A stretch of DNA of 64,000 nt from the NCBI GenBank assembly GCA_035280345.1, contig DATEGA010000074.1:6664-70663 (forward strand), read 5' to 3'. The notes below the pieces were generated by a model. That model worked only from the letters and a program-made list of their open reading frames with translations. It did not search any database and was not told the DNA's origin. Numbering within the stretch: the first letter of the stretch is position 1; every line of letters begins with the position of its first letter. Both the position numbers and the translations under genes were made by a program. This document shows, in pieces, positions 26,876 through 36,729 of this stretch. Origin of the DNA: a bacterium. GTDB lineage: Bacteria; Sysuimicrobiota; Sysuimicrobiia; Sysuimicrobiales; Segetimicrobiaceae.

Positions 26876-27580
26876 TTGAAAAACACCCTGGCTGAAGCGT
26901 CGCGCCCTCTGTCGCGGCGCCTGTTCGTTGACGACGTCCGAGATGCGCTTGTCGAGGCCATCCTCGCCGGGAAGTTCGCGCCCGGGGAACGCATCGTCGA
27001 AGCGAATGTGGCCCGAGAGCTGGATGTGAGCCGCGGTCCCGTGCGGGAGGCGTTTCGTGAACTCGCCGAGCAGGGCCTCCTCGTCCTGAGCGCGCACCGC
27101 GGGGCGCGGGTGTCGGCCCTCGCGGGTGCCGACGCGTACGAAGTCTACAGCCTCATGGCCGTGACCGAGCACCTGGCGTTCCGGCTGCTAAAACGAAGGC
27201 TGTCGCCGTCCCTCTTAGTGGAACTGCGCAGCGCCGTGCTCGCCATGAGTGTGGCGGCGGAGCGGCACGACGTCTTGGGGGTCGCCCGGGCGGATCTGCA
27301 GTTCAACGACGTGCTCTTTCGTCACGTGGCACACGGACGTCTCAAACATCTGTGGCAGCGCTTCAAGTTCCAAAGCTATCTCCTCGTCAGGGACTATGCG
27401 ACGGCGGTGTACCCGTCGTTGACCGCGATGGTCACACATCACGCCAAAATGGTCGACCTGCTCGAGACGGCCGACTGGGACCAGTTGTTCACCTACCTGC
27501 ACCACAACGACCAACGGATCGAAGCCCACTTCCGGGAATGGACTGGCGCGGCGCCCGGCTCGCCTCCGGCCGCCCTATAA
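26876..27580 (+). CDS. GntR family transcriptional regulator with FCD (FadR C-terminal) domain
   Basis: Contains LFVDDVRDALVEAILAGKFAPGERIVEANVARELDVSRGPVREAFRELAEQGLL (winged HTH) followed by a helical FCD-like region. The maximal ORF starts at TTG 26807, but codons 26807-26875 have A/T-rich third positions and contain the palindrome, so I prefer TTG 26876. Confidence 0.8.
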   Translation: MKNTLAEASRPLSRRLFVDDVRDALVEAILAGKFAPGERIVEANVARELDVSRGPVREAFRELAEQGLLVLSAHRGARVSALAGADAYEVYSLMAVTEHLAFRLLKRRLSPSLLVELRSAVLAMSVAAERHDVLGVARADLQFNDVLFRHVAHGRLKHLWQRFKFQSYLLVRDYATAVYPSLTAMVTHHAKMVDLLETADWDQLFTYLHHNDQRIEAHFREWTGAAPGSPPAAL

Positions 27581-27646
27581 CGGGTCTTGCATGGCGGCCG
27601 GCACCGTGAACGGCGAACGGCCGCTCCAACACCTTAGGGAGGGAAG

Positions 27647-29185
27647 ATGATGACGCGTCGGCTCGCGGTGTTGCTGGTCATCGCAGTTGCGATTGGGACC
27701 TTCGGCGCGGGGCCGTCTCGCGGACAGCCGAGGGACCAGGTCGTCATTGATCAAGGCACGGATACCGAAAGCCTTGATCCGATGTTCACCGAGGCACGTT
27801 TCAGCGACAACATCATGCTGACCATGTTCGAGACGCTGGTCACCCGGGACCCGGACATGCGCTACCGGCCTCGCCTCGCGGAGAGCTGGAAAATCATGAG
27901 CCCGACCGTGTGGCAGTTCCGCCTCCGGCAGGGCGTCAAGTTTCACGACGGGGAGCCGTTCAACGCGCAGGCGGTCAAATACACGATCGGCCGTCTCTAC
28001 GACCCCGCGATCAAAGCGCCGAGCTTCTTGAAGGGTTTTGTGAAGTTGGATCGCATCGACGTGGTCAACGACTACACGATCAACATCGTGACAAAAGAAC
28101 CGGCCCCGCTGATGCTCGAGTGGTTCGTCTATTTTTACATGATGGCACCCAAGTATTACGGCGGCCTGACTCCGGCGCAGGCGGCGCTGCGGCCGATCGG
28201 CACCGGCGCCTACGTCTTCAAAGAGTGGGTCCACGACGATCACCTGACCGTCACCGCCAATCCGAACTACTGGGGGACGAAGCCAAACATCCACACGATC
28301 GTCTGGCGGCCGGTGCCTGAAGCGGGGACACGGATTGCCGACCTGCTCTCCGGTGCCGCGGACATCATCGTCAACGTCTCTCCCGACCAGCTCAACCGGA
28401 TCAACAGCTCTGCCGTCGCGTCGGTGAAGACCGTGGAAGGCGGCCGCGACATCTTCATCGGGATGCGAACGGACCGGCCGCAGTTCAAGGATCCGCGCGT
28501 GCGCCAGGCGATGAACTACGCGGTCGATGTCGACGCCATCCTGAAGGGGCTGCTGAACGGGCGCGGCCGGCGCATGGCGACGCTCGTGAACGCGTACGCG
28601 AATCCCGCGGTCAAGCCCTACCCGTATGATCCGGCCAAGGCGAAGGCGCTCCTGGCCGAAGCCGGCTGGAAGCTCGACAATGGCGCACTGACGAAGGACG
28701 GCCAGCCTTTCTCCGTCACGCTCGACACCCCGGCCGGCCGCTACATTCGCGACAAGGAACTGGCCGAAGCGACCGCGTCGTATCTGGAGCAGGCCGGCGT
28801 GCGGATCAAGGTCAACCCGCTCGCGTGGCCGGTGTACGCGAAGAAGATGTTCGAAGATACCAACCCGGCGGACATGTATTTGCTCGGCCTCGGCTCGTCG
28901 TTCGACGGGCAAGACGAGATCCGCTATCTGCAAAAGGACTTCGGCTACAACCCGACGTTTTGGAACAACGTGGACTTCGAAAAAGGCTACCACGATCTCA
29001 ACCTGACGGTCGACCCGAAACAGCGCATGGAGATCCTGTACAAGCTGCAGCAGATCGCCCATGACGATCCGCCGATCATCTACCTATATAAACAGACCGA
29101 CTACTACGGGGTGAGCAAGCGGCTCAACTGGACGCCCCGCCGGGATGAATTGATCATCCTCGGCCAAGCATCCCTGACGCGGTAG
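27647..29185 (+). CDS. ABC transporter substrate-binding protein, family 5
   Basis: 512 aa, SD GGGAGGGAAG. Leader MMTRRLAVLLVIAVAIGTFGAGPSRG. Contains LAESWKIMSPTVWQFRLRQGVKFHDGEPFNAQAV and GTGAYVFKEW. Confidence 0.9.
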   Translation: MMTRRLAVLLVIAVAIGTFGAGPSRGQPRDQVVIDQGTDTESLDPMFTEARFSDNIMLTMFETLVTRDPDMRYRPRLAESWKIMSPTVWQFRLRQGVKFHDGEPFNAQAVKYTIGRLYDPAIKAPSFLKGFVKLDRIDVVNDYTINIVTKEPAPLMLEWFVYFYMMAPKYYGGLTPAQAALRPIGTGAYVFKEWVHDDHLTVTANPNYWGTKPNIHTIVWRPVPEAGTRIADLLSGAADIIVNVSPDQLNRINSSAVASVKTVEGGRDIFIGMRTDRPQFKDPRVRQAMNYAVDVDAILKGLLNGRGRRMATLVNAYANPAVKPYPYDPAKAKALLAEAGWKLDNGALTKDGQPFSVTLDTPAGRYIRDKELAEATASYLEQAGVRIKVNPLAWPVYAKKMFEDTNPADMYLLGLGSSFDGQDEIRYLQKDFGYNPTFWNNVDFEKGYHDLNLTVDPKQRMEILYKLQQIAHDDPPIIYLYKQTDYYGVSKRLNWTPRRDELIILGQASLTR

Positions 29186-29198
29186 CGCCGCGGCCCAC

Positions 29199-30170
29199 GT
29201 GATCATCGACGAGGTCGGCCGGCGCGGCACAAAGGTCTATGGGGAACTCACCTTCGACCACGCCGCGCTGGCCGGCCTCTCCTGGCCGTACATCTCGATC
29301 CGCGGCACGGCCGACGGTCCCACCGTGTGTGTCAGCGCGGGCATGCACGGGTCCGAGTACGCGGGCATCACGGCGGCTCAGCGGGTCGCCGAAGAACTCC
29401 GGCCGCAGGCGCTTCGCGGGCACGCATTCATCCTTCCGCTGGTGAACCAGCCCGCGTTCTGGGCGCGCGCCGCGGCGATCGTGCCGCTCGACGGCAAGAA
29501 TCCGAGCCAGGTGTTCCCGGGCCGGCGCGACGGCACGGTCACCGAGGTCATGGCCGCCTATCTTTTCGATGAGGTCTTCTGCCGCTGCGATGCGCTGGTC
29601 GACCTGCACGGCGGGGACATCATGGAGCGGCTCGTCCCGTTTACGATCTTTCAGGAGACCGGAAACCAGGATCTCGACGCGCGGTCGCAGGCGCTCGCCG
29701 CAAGTTACGGGCTGCCGATCGCCGTGCGGCGGTCAAAGGAAGTGCTGAAACGGCAGGTTCCCGGCTATCTGCAGACAGCCATCGCGGTCCGCGGCATTCC
29801 GTCGATCGTGGCGGAAGCCGGCGGCGAAGACCAGGTCAAGCCGGACGACGTCGCCGCGCATATCAGCGGTCTCCGCGGAGTCCTTGCGCATCTCGGGATG
29901 ATCGCGGGTGAAGCGCCGCGGCCGGCGCTGCGCCTCGTCGAGTTCGTGCTCGTGACCGCCGGACAGGACGGGCTCTTCCACCGGACGGCCGACATCGGCG
30001 ACCGCGTGCAGGCCGGGCAAGTGATCGGCGGATTGACGGACCTCTGGGGCCGTCCCCTCGAAGATCTCCGCGCGCCCGCGGACGCGGAAGTGCTCTTCCT
30101 GAGCACGAGCATGGCGGCGAAGAAAGGGGCGCTCTTGTTCGGCCTCGGCAAGCCCGTATCGGGCACGTAG
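29199..30170 (+). CDS. Succinylglutamate desuccinylase/aspartoacylase (AstE/AspA, M14-like) family deacylase, copy 1
   Basis: 323 aa, GTG start. Contains GPTVCVSAGMHGSEYAG (HxxE zinc motif), NPSQVFPGR and VDLHGG. Unusually placed between the SBP and permease genes. Confidence 0.75.
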   Translation: MIIDEVGRRGTKVYGELTFDHAALAGLSWPYISIRGTADGPTVCVSAGMHGSEYAGITAAQRVAEELRPQALRGHAFILPLVNQPAFWARAAAIVPLDGKNPSQVFPGRRDGTVTEVMAAYLFDEVFCRCDALVDLHGGDIMERLVPFTIFQETGNQDLDARSQALAASYGLPIAVRRSKEVLKRQVPGYLQTAIAVRGIPSIVAEAGGEDQVKPDDVAAHISGLRGVLAHLGMIAGEAPRPALRLVEFVLVTAGQDGLFHRTADIGDRVQAGQVIGGLTDLWGRPLEDLRAPADAEVLFLSTSMAAKKGALLFGLGKPVSGT

Positions 30171-30173
30171 CCG

Positions 30174-31091
30174 ATGGGAACGTTTGTCGCCCGGCGGCTC
30201 CTCGAGTCCGCGACCGTCCTACTCGGCGTGAGCTTCCTGGCCTTCGCGGTCTTGTTCCTGTCCGGCGATCCCACGTATTTGATGATTCCGGAAAACTATA
30301 CGCGGCAGCAGATCGCGGAGTTTCGGCACTCGATGGGGTTCGACCGTCCGTGGTACATGCAGTATGGCGACTTTCTGGCGCGCGCCGCGCGCGGGGACTT
30401 CGGCGTGTCGCTGCGGAGCCAGCTGCCGGCGCTCCCGCTCGTGATGGAGCGGATGCCCGCGACGCTCGAACTGGCCGTCGCCGCCATGCTGCTGTCGCTG
30501 GCCGTGGCCGTGCCGACCGGCATCGTCGCCGCGACCCACCGCCGCACACTCGTGGACGGCGCCAGCATGGTCGGCAGCCTGGTCGGGCAGTCCGCGCCCG
30601 GGTTTTGGATCGGGCTCGTGCTCATCCTTGTCTTCGGGGTGGAACTGCGCTGGCTGCCCGTGTCCGGCCGCGGCGGACTGTCGCACCTCGTCCTGCCCGG
30701 CGTGACCCTCGCGATGTACTCGATGGGGCGCAACGCCCGCGTCGTGCGCGCGTCGATGCTGGACGCCCTCGGCCACGACTTCATCCGCACCGCCTACGCC
30801 AAGGGTGCGTCGCGGCTCGCGGTGCTCTACCGCCATGCGCTGCGCAACGCGCTCTTGCCGATCGTGACGCTTGTCGGCCTGGACTTCGGTGTCCTGTTGG
30901 GAGGCGCCATCATCACGGAAACCGTGTTCGCGTGGCCCGGCGTCGGCCGGCTGGTCATCAACGCCATCTATGAAAAAGACTTTCCGATCGTCGAGGCGGC
31001 GGTGGTTCTCATCGCGGCCATCTTCGTGCTCCTGAATCTATGCGTGGACCTGGCCTACGGTTATCTGGATCCGCGCATCCGGTACAGCTGA
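30174..31091 (+). CDS. ABC transporter permease, DppB/OppB-like
   Basis: 305 aa. N-terminus MGTFVARRLLESATVLLGVSFLAFAVLFLSGDP. Contains DFIRTAYAKGASRLAVLYRHALRN and ends YGYLDPRIRYS. Confidence 0.9.
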   Translation: MGTFVARRLLESATVLLGVSFLAFAVLFLSGDPTYLMIPENYTRQQIAEFRHSMGFDRPWYMQYGDFLARAARGDFGVSLRSQLPALPLVMERMPATLELAVAAMLLSLAVAVPTGIVAATHRRTLVDGASMVGSLVGQSAPGFWIGLVLILVFGVELRWLPVSGRGGLSHLVLPGVTLAMYSMGRNARVVRASMLDALGHDFIRTAYAKGASRLAVLYRHALRNALLPIVTLVGLDFGVLLGGAIITETVFAWPGVGRLVINAIYEKDFPIVEAAVVLIAAIFVLLNLCVDLAYGYLDPRIRYS

Positions 31092-31094
31092 GGG

Positions 31095-31940
31095 ATGCGG
31101 GCGCGCGCGCTGCGAAATTTCCGCGGCTCTCCCGGCGCCGTCGGGGGCCTCGTGCTCTTGCTGTGCATCGTCGCGGCGGCCTCGGTCTCCCCATGGGTCA
31201 CGGGCCAGTCGACCACTCTCGTCCGGGTGCAGGACCGGCTGCTGCAGCCGCTGACCGTGCAGGGCGGCTACCGGCACTGGCTCGGAACGGACGCGCTCGG
31301 CCGCGACATCTTGAGCCGCCTGCTGGTCGGCGCCCGGATCTCGCTGCTCGTGGGGCTGACGGCGGTGTTGATCGGCGGCAGCCTCGGCACGGCGATCGGC
31401 TTGTTGAGCGGCTACTACGGCGGGTGGACCGACCGCGTGATGATGCGGTTCGGGGACATGCAACTCGCGTTCCCGTTCATCTTGCTCGCCCTGGCGGTCA
31501 TGGCCGTCCTCGGGCCCGGACTCGTCAACATCATCGGCGTGCTGGGTCTCACGAGTTGGGTGACCTACGCCCGCGTCGTGCGCTCGGAGGTCCTTTCCCT
31601 CCGGGAGCGCGAGTTCGTGCAGGCCGCGCGCGCGGTCGGCGCGCCCGCGGCACGAGTGCTGGTGGTCCACGCGCTGCCCAACGTGGTGGGGACGGTGATC
31701 GTCGTGGCGACGTTTTCGGTCGCCAGCACGATCCTGGCGGAAGCCGGACTCAGTTTTCTCGGCCTCGGCGTGGGCGCGTCGACGCCGACGTGGGGGGCGA
31801 TGCTCGCCGACGCCCGGGAATACATGACCGATGCCTGGTGGCTGACCGCGTTTCCGGGACTGGCCATCCTCATGACCGTCCTCGGCGTCAACTTGGTCGG
31901 GGACTGGCTGCGCGACTACTTGGATCCGCGCCTTCGATGA
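31095..31940 (+). CDS. ABC transporter permease, DppC/OppC-like
   Basis: 281 aa. Contains HWLGTDALGRDILSRLLVGARISL, EFVQAARAVGAPAARVLVVHALPN and GDWLRDYLDPRLR. Confidence 0.9.
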   Translation: MRARALRNFRGSPGAVGGLVLLLCIVAAASVSPWVTGQSTTLVRVQDRLLQPLTVQGGYRHWLGTDALGRDILSRLLVGARISLLVGLTAVLIGGSLGTAIGLLSGYYGGWTDRVMMRFGDMQLAFPFILLALAVMAVLGPGLVNIIGVLGLTSWVTYARVVRSEVLSLREREFVQAARAVGAPAARVLVVHALPNVVGTVIVVATFSVASTILAEAGLSFLGLGVGASTPTWGAMLADAREYMTDAWWLTAFPGLAILMTVLGVNLVGDWLRDYLDPRLR

Positions 31941-31973
31941 TTCGAGCACTGCGATAGACGGGAGGTATACAGG

Positions 31974-34900
31974 ATGAGCCAGAGTGCGTTGGACCGCGAC
32001 CCGGGCCTGCTCAATTCGCTCCGCTGGCGGCAGGTCGGGCCGTTTCGAGGAGGCCGCGTCGTCGCAGTCGCCGGCCACCCTACGCGCCCGCAGGTCTTCT
32101 ACTTCGGTTCCACGGGCGGCGGCGTGTGGAAGACCGAGGACGCCGGCTGGAACTGGCACAACATTTCCGACGGATTCTTCAACACCGCCTCGGTCGGCGC
32201 GATCGCCGTCGCGGAATCGGACCCCAATGTGATCTACGCCGGTATGGGCGAATCGTGCATCCGCGGCAACGTCGCGCACGGCGACGGCGTCTATCGGACC
32301 GATGACGGCGGGAAAACGTGGCGGCATGCCGGCCTCGGCGACAGCCAGCATATCGCGCGCGTGCGCATCGACCCCCGCGATCCGAGCCTGGTCTACGCCG
32401 CGGTGCTGGGACACGTCTTCGGCCCAAGCGACGAGCGCGGCGTCTTCCGGTCCAAGGACGGCGGCAAGACCTGGACGCGCAGCCTCTTCCGAAGCAACCG
32501 CGCGGGCGCGTGCGATCTCAGCATGGATGCGAACAATCCGCGGGTGCTCTACGCGGCGGTCTGGGAGGCCCACCGCACGCCGTGGGGCCTCAGCAGCGGC
32601 GGCCCCGGGAGCGGCCTCTTCAAGACGACCGACGGCGGCGAAACCTGGATCGAACTGACCGGCAACCCCGGCCTCCCGGGCGGCACCAGCGGCCGCATCG
32701 GCGTGGCCGCCTCCGCGGCGCGGCCGGACCGCGTCTGGGCGATCGTCGAAGCCGAGGAAGGCGGCATCTTTCGGTCCGACAACGGCGGCGCGACGTGGGA
32801 ACGGCTCAACGACGAGCGGGAGCCGCGGCAGCGTCCCTTCTACTACAGCCACATCTTCGCCGACCCGTCGGATCCGGAAACCGTCTACGTCGCGAACCTG
32901 GATCTGTGGCGATCGGTCGACGGCGGGCGGACGTTCCAGAAAAAGTCGCTCCCGCACGGGGACCATCACGACCTCTGGCTGGACCCGAAAGATCCGCAGC
33001 GCATGATCAATGGCAGTGACGGCGGGGGGAGCGTCTCGCTGAACGGCGGAGAGTCCTGGTCCACGCTGTACAACCAGCCGACGGCCGAGCTGTACCACGT
33101 GATCACCGATAATCAGATCCCCTACCGCATCTATGGCGCACAGCAGGATAACTCGACCATCTGCCTGCCGAGCTCGGCTCTCAACGGCGCGATCCATCCC
33201 AACTCGTATCACGATGTTGGCGGCAGCGAGTCCGGTTACATCGCGGTGCGTCCCGATAATCCGAACATCGTCTACGCCGGCATCTTCCAAGGGATGATGA
33301 CGCGATACGACCACCACACCGGGGACGTCCGCGACAACACCGTGTGGCCGCAAAACCTGGCCGGCTGGGGCGCCGAAGCGCTGAAGTACCGATTCCAGTG
33401 GACGTTTCCGATTGTGCTGTCCCCGCACGACCCCAACGTCCTGTATGCCACCGGCAACCACGTCTTCCGGACAACCGACGAAGGCGCGAGCTGGGAGGTG
33501 ATCAGCCCCGACCTGACGCGCAACGACCCCGGCAAGCTGGGCCAGTCGGGCGGGCCGGTCACGAAGGACAACGTGGGCACCGAGTACTACTGCACGATCT
33601 TCGCGTTCTGTGAGTCGCCCCGCAAAGCGGGTGTCCTCTGGGCCGGCTCCGACGACGGTCTCGTCCACGTCTCCGCCGACGGCGGCAAGAACTGGCGCAA
33701 CGTCACACCCAAGGCCCTGCCGGAATGGGCGCTCATCAGCATCATCGAGGCGTCTCCGCACGATCCCGCCGCCGCGTTCGTCGCGGCCACCCGGTACAAG
33801 TCGGATGATCTCCGCCCGTACCTCTTCAAGACCAAGGACTACGGCGCGACGTGGGATCTCATCATCGACGGGCTGCCCGAGAATCTCATCACGCGCTCGG
33901 TGCGTGAGGACCCGGCGCGTGCGGGCATCTTGTATGCTGGCACGGAAACCGGCGTCTTCGTCAGCCTCAACGGCGGAGGACGCTGGACGGCGCTCCGAGG
34001 CGGGCTCCCGGTGTCGCCGGCGCACGACCTGGTGGTGAAAGACAGCGAGCTCGTCGTCGCCACGCACGGCCGGTCGTTTTGGATTCTCGACGACCTGACA
34101 CCGCTGCGGCAGCTCGCGGCGGAAGCGCCCGCGGCCGGCGCGCACCTGTTCGCCCCGCGCACCACCACCCGCGCGAGGTACAAGTCATTATCCCTTCGAA
34201 AGGGCGGGCGTGTCCTCTACGGCCGGGCCGGCGGTTTCGGCATCACGGCGCGCGACACCGGAAACGGATCGCCCTCGCTGCTCGACGCCGGCGAAAACCC
34301 GCCCTCCGGCGTGGTCGTGCACTACTACCTCCGCGAGAAGCCGGCCGCGGAGGTGAAGCTCGCGTTTCTCGATGACCGGGATCGTCTGATCCGCGAGTTT
34401 TCGAGCAATGACAAGGCGCCGGACCGCCGGTCCGGGCTCGCCTATTCGCTGACCGGCGACGAGCAGAACCCCACGGTGCCGGCCGAGAAAGGCGGCAACC
34501 GCTTCGTCTGGAACATGCGGCTCCCCGGAGCGCGCGAAGTCCCGGACGCGGCGCTGTGGTTCGGGTTCATGGGCGGACCGGTCGTCCTGCCCGGCACGTA
34601 CAAAGTGCGGTTGACCGCCGGCCGCGAGGTACTCACGAAGCCCTTCGAGATCGTGAAGGACCCGCGCCTCGACCTACCGGACCGGGCGCTCCAGGACCAG
34701 TTTCAATTCTTGCGCGACATCCGCGACACGCTGAGCGGCATCAACGGGGCCGTGATCACCGCCCGCGAGATCCGCGAGCAGATCAAGCAGTGGGTGTCGC
34801 GCGCCGAAGGCCTGCGGGGCAGCGACGCCCTCGCCGGCGCCGCGCGGGAGCTCGGCGCGGAGCTGGACCGCATCGAGGACGAACTGATCCAGTGGCGGGC

Positions 34901-35150
34901 GCAGGCCTACGAGGATGTCTTCCACTATCCCGTGCGGCTCAACAACCAGATCGCGACGATCGCCGATCTCATGAGCATCACCGACGGCGCGCCGACCCGG
35001 CAGGCCCGCGAACTGTTCGCGGAGCTGCGCGCACGCGCCGACACACAGCTCAAACGGCTGGCGGAGATCAAGAAAGGCGGCGTCGCGATGTTTAGCGACG
35101 CCCTGCGGAAGCTCGGCGTCCCGCCGATCAAGATTCCGGCGGACGAATAA
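31974..35150 (+). CDS. Sortilin/VPS10-like BNR (Asp-box) double beta-propeller protein, no signal peptide
   Basis: 1058 aa, SD GGGAGGT 7 nt upstream. At least 10 Asp-box repeats read directly (TDDGGKTW, SKDGGKTW, TTDGGETW, SDNGGATW, SVDGGRTF, SLNGGESW, TTDEGASW, SADGGKNW, TKDYGATW, SLNGGGRW). The N-terminus MSQSALDRDPGLLNSLRWRQVGPFRGGR has no hydrophobic leader. Confidence 0.85.
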   Translation: MSQSALDRDPGLLNSLRWRQVGPFRGGRVVAVAGHPTRPQVFYFGSTGGGVWKTEDAGWNWHNISDGFFNTASVGAIAVAESDPNVIYAGMGESCIRGNVAHGDGVYRTDDGGKTWRHAGLGDSQHIARVRIDPRDPSLVYAAVLGHVFGPSDERGVFRSKDGGKTWTRSLFRSNRAGACDLSMDANNPRVLYAAVWEAHRTPWGLSSGGPGSGLFKTTDGGETWIELTGNPGLPGGTSGRIGVAASAARPDRVWAIVEAEEGGIFRSDNGGATWERLNDEREPRQRPFYYSHIFADPSDPETVYVANLDLWRSVDGGRTFQKKSLPHGDHHDLWLDPKDPQRMINGSDGGGSVSLNGGESWSTLYNQPTAELYHVITDNQIPYRIYGAQQDNSTICLPSSALNGAIHPNSYHDVGGSESGYIAVRPDNPNIVYAGIFQGMMTRYDHHTGDVRDNTVWPQNLAGWGAEALKYRFQWTFPIVLSPHDPNVLYATGNHVFRTTDEGASWEVISPDLTRNDPGKLGQSGGPVTKDNVGTEYYCTIFAFCESPRKAGVLWAGSDDGLVHVSADGGKNWRNVTPKALPEWALISIIEASPHDPAAAFVAATRYKSDDLRPYLFKTKDYGATWDLIIDGLPENLITRSVREDPARAGILYAGTETGVFVSLNGGGRWTALRGGLPVSPAHDLVVKDSELVVATHGRSFWILDDLTPLRQLAAEAPAAGAHLFAPRTTTRARYKSLSLRKGGRVLYGRAGGFGITARDTGNGSPSLLDAGENPPSGVVVHYYLREKPAAEVKLAFLDDRDRLIREFSSNDKAPDRRSGLAYSLTGDEQNPTVPAEKGGNRFVWNMRLPGAREVPDAALWFGFMGGPVVLPGTYKVRLTAGREVLTKPFEIVKDPRLDLPDRALQDQFQFLRDIRDTLSGINGAVITAREIREQIKQWVSRAEGLRGSDALAGAARELGAELDRIEDELIQWRAQAYEDVFHYPVRLNNQIATIADLMSITDGAPTRQARELFAELRARADTQLKRLAEIKKGGVAMFSDALRKLGVPPIKIPADE

Positions 35151-35190
35151 GCGTAGGACACCACACAGCACTACGGGGGAGGCGCAACCG

Positions 35191-36702
35191 ATGAAGTGGG
35201 CACGGACGGCAATGCTGGCAGCAGGCCTGGCCCTTGCGTTGGCGGCGGCGATGGGGTCGCCAATCCCACCGTCGCATGCGGCGGCCGCCGGTACGGTGAC
35301 GGTCGCGCAGGGCGCCGAGCCCGCCACGCTCGATCCGCTTCAGGAGATCTCCCGCACCGGCTACAACGTCACGCTGCAGATCTACGACCCGCTCTTCATG
35401 CGCAACCCGGCGGGCCGGATCGTCCCGATGCTGGCGAGCGGCTACAAGATCGTCAACCCGACGACCTGGCAGTTCAGCCTGCGCAAGGGCGTCAAGTTCC
35501 ACAACGGCGAGCCGTTCGACGCGGCGGCGGTCAAGTTCACCATCGAGCGCGCGATGCTCAAGGACTCCCCGTCGAATTATCTGGTGGATGGGGTGAAGAG
35601 CGTTCGCGCGGTCGATCCGTACACCGTCGAAGTCACGACCGCCGATCCGCTGCCGCTGCTGCTGCCGAGGCTGATGCTGCTGGGCATCGCCCCGCCGAAG
35701 TACTACCAGGAGCGGGGGGCGAGCTACGTCGCCACGCATCCGGTGGGCACCGGCCCGTACCGCTTCCAGTCGTGGGTCAAGGACGACCGGCTGACCCTAA
35801 CCGCCAACCACGACTACTGGGGCGGCGCACCGTCCATCCAAACGGTCGTGTTCCGCCTGATCCCCGACCCGGCGGCGCGCGTCGCGGCGTTCCGGAGCGG
35901 CGAGGTCGACCTCATCACCGATTTCGCGCCCGACCTCGTGCCGAGCGTGGCGAACGATCCTCGGCTCAAGGTCGCGGTGACGACCGGCACGCGCTCCATC
36001 AACATCATGCTCGACACGCAGACCGGGCCGCTGCGCGATAAGCGCGTCCGCCAGGCCCTCAACTATGCCGTCGACAAGGACACGATCGTCAAGAACATCC
36101 TCGGCGGCTTCGGGACCGTCGAGTCGACGCTCGTTCCCGCCGCGTACCTCGGGTTCAACCCACGGCTCAAGCCCTACGCGTACGATCCGGCGAAGGCAAA
36201 GGCGCTCCTCGCCCAGGCCGGCTACCCCAACGGATTCCCGATCGTCTTTCAGTCACCCCGCGGCCGGTATCTCGCGGACGCGCAGGTGTCGCAGGCGGTC
36301 GTGGGCTACCTGAAGGCCGCCGGAGTCAACGCGGATCTCAAGTATTACGAGTGGGGCAACTACGTCAACATGTACTTCAAGCACCAGCTCGGGCCGATCT
36401 TCCTGATCGGCTCGGCGTCCGCGGCCCTCGACGCGGCCGACGCGCTCGAGAACGTCTCCTGCGGCGTGTGGGACTCGTGGTACTGCAACCAGGGCATCCA
36501 AGCGATGTACACAAAGGCGATCGCGACGGTGCAGCCCGACCGCCGCGCGGCCCAGTACCGTGAGATTCAACCCCTGATCTACGACGAGGCGCCGATCATC
36601 TTCATGTACGCCCAGAAAGGCATCTACGGCGTGAACGCGCGCCTCAACTGGACGCCGCAGGACGACGAGACACTGTGGTTGGCCAAGTCAACCGTGAAGT
36701 AA
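35191..36702 (+). CDS. ABC transporter substrate-binding protein, family 5
   Basis: 503 aa, SD GGGGGAGG. Leader MKWARTAMLAAGLALALAAAMGSPIPPSHA. Contains LASGYKIVNPTTWQFSLRKGVKFHNGEPFDAAAV and GTGPYRFQSW. Confidence 0.9.
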   Translation: MKWARTAMLAAGLALALAAAMGSPIPPSHAAAAGTVTVAQGAEPATLDPLQEISRTGYNVTLQIYDPLFMRNPAGRIVPMLASGYKIVNPTTWQFSLRKGVKFHNGEPFDAAAVKFTIERAMLKDSPSNYLVDGVKSVRAVDPYTVEVTTADPLPLLLPRLMLLGIAPPKYYQERGASYVATHPVGTGPYRFQSWVKDDRLTLTANHDYWGGAPSIQTVVFRLIPDPAARVAAFRSGEVDLITDFAPDLVPSVANDPRLKVAVTTGTRSINIMLDTQTGPLRDKRVRQALNYAVDKDTIVKNILGGFGTVESTLVPAAYLGFNPRLKPYAYDPAKAKALLAQAGYPNGFPIVFQSPRGRYLADAQVSQAVVGYLKAAGVNADLKYYEWGNYVNMYFKHQLGPIFLIGSASAALDAADALENVSCGVWDSWYCNQGIQAMYTKAIATVQPDRRAAQYREIQPLIYDEAPIIFMYAQKGIYGVNARLNWTPQDDETLWLAKSTVK

Positions 36703-36729
36703 AGAGCGGCCCGCCAAACTGACGGACCG

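Noticed and set aside
27594-27624. 7-bp stem GCGGCCG...CGGCCGC between the GntR stop and the first SBP gene
   Set aside because: It could attenuate read-through from the regulator gene, but it has a short stem, a 17-nt loop and no U-tract. Noted only.
31038-34145. 1035-aa minus-strand ORF
   Set aside because: It is a shadow of the DppC-like permease and the sortilin/BNR gene on the plus strand. It has no motifs and an arginine/glycine-rich composition. The plus-strand products have clear repeats (Asp-boxes) and SD sites.
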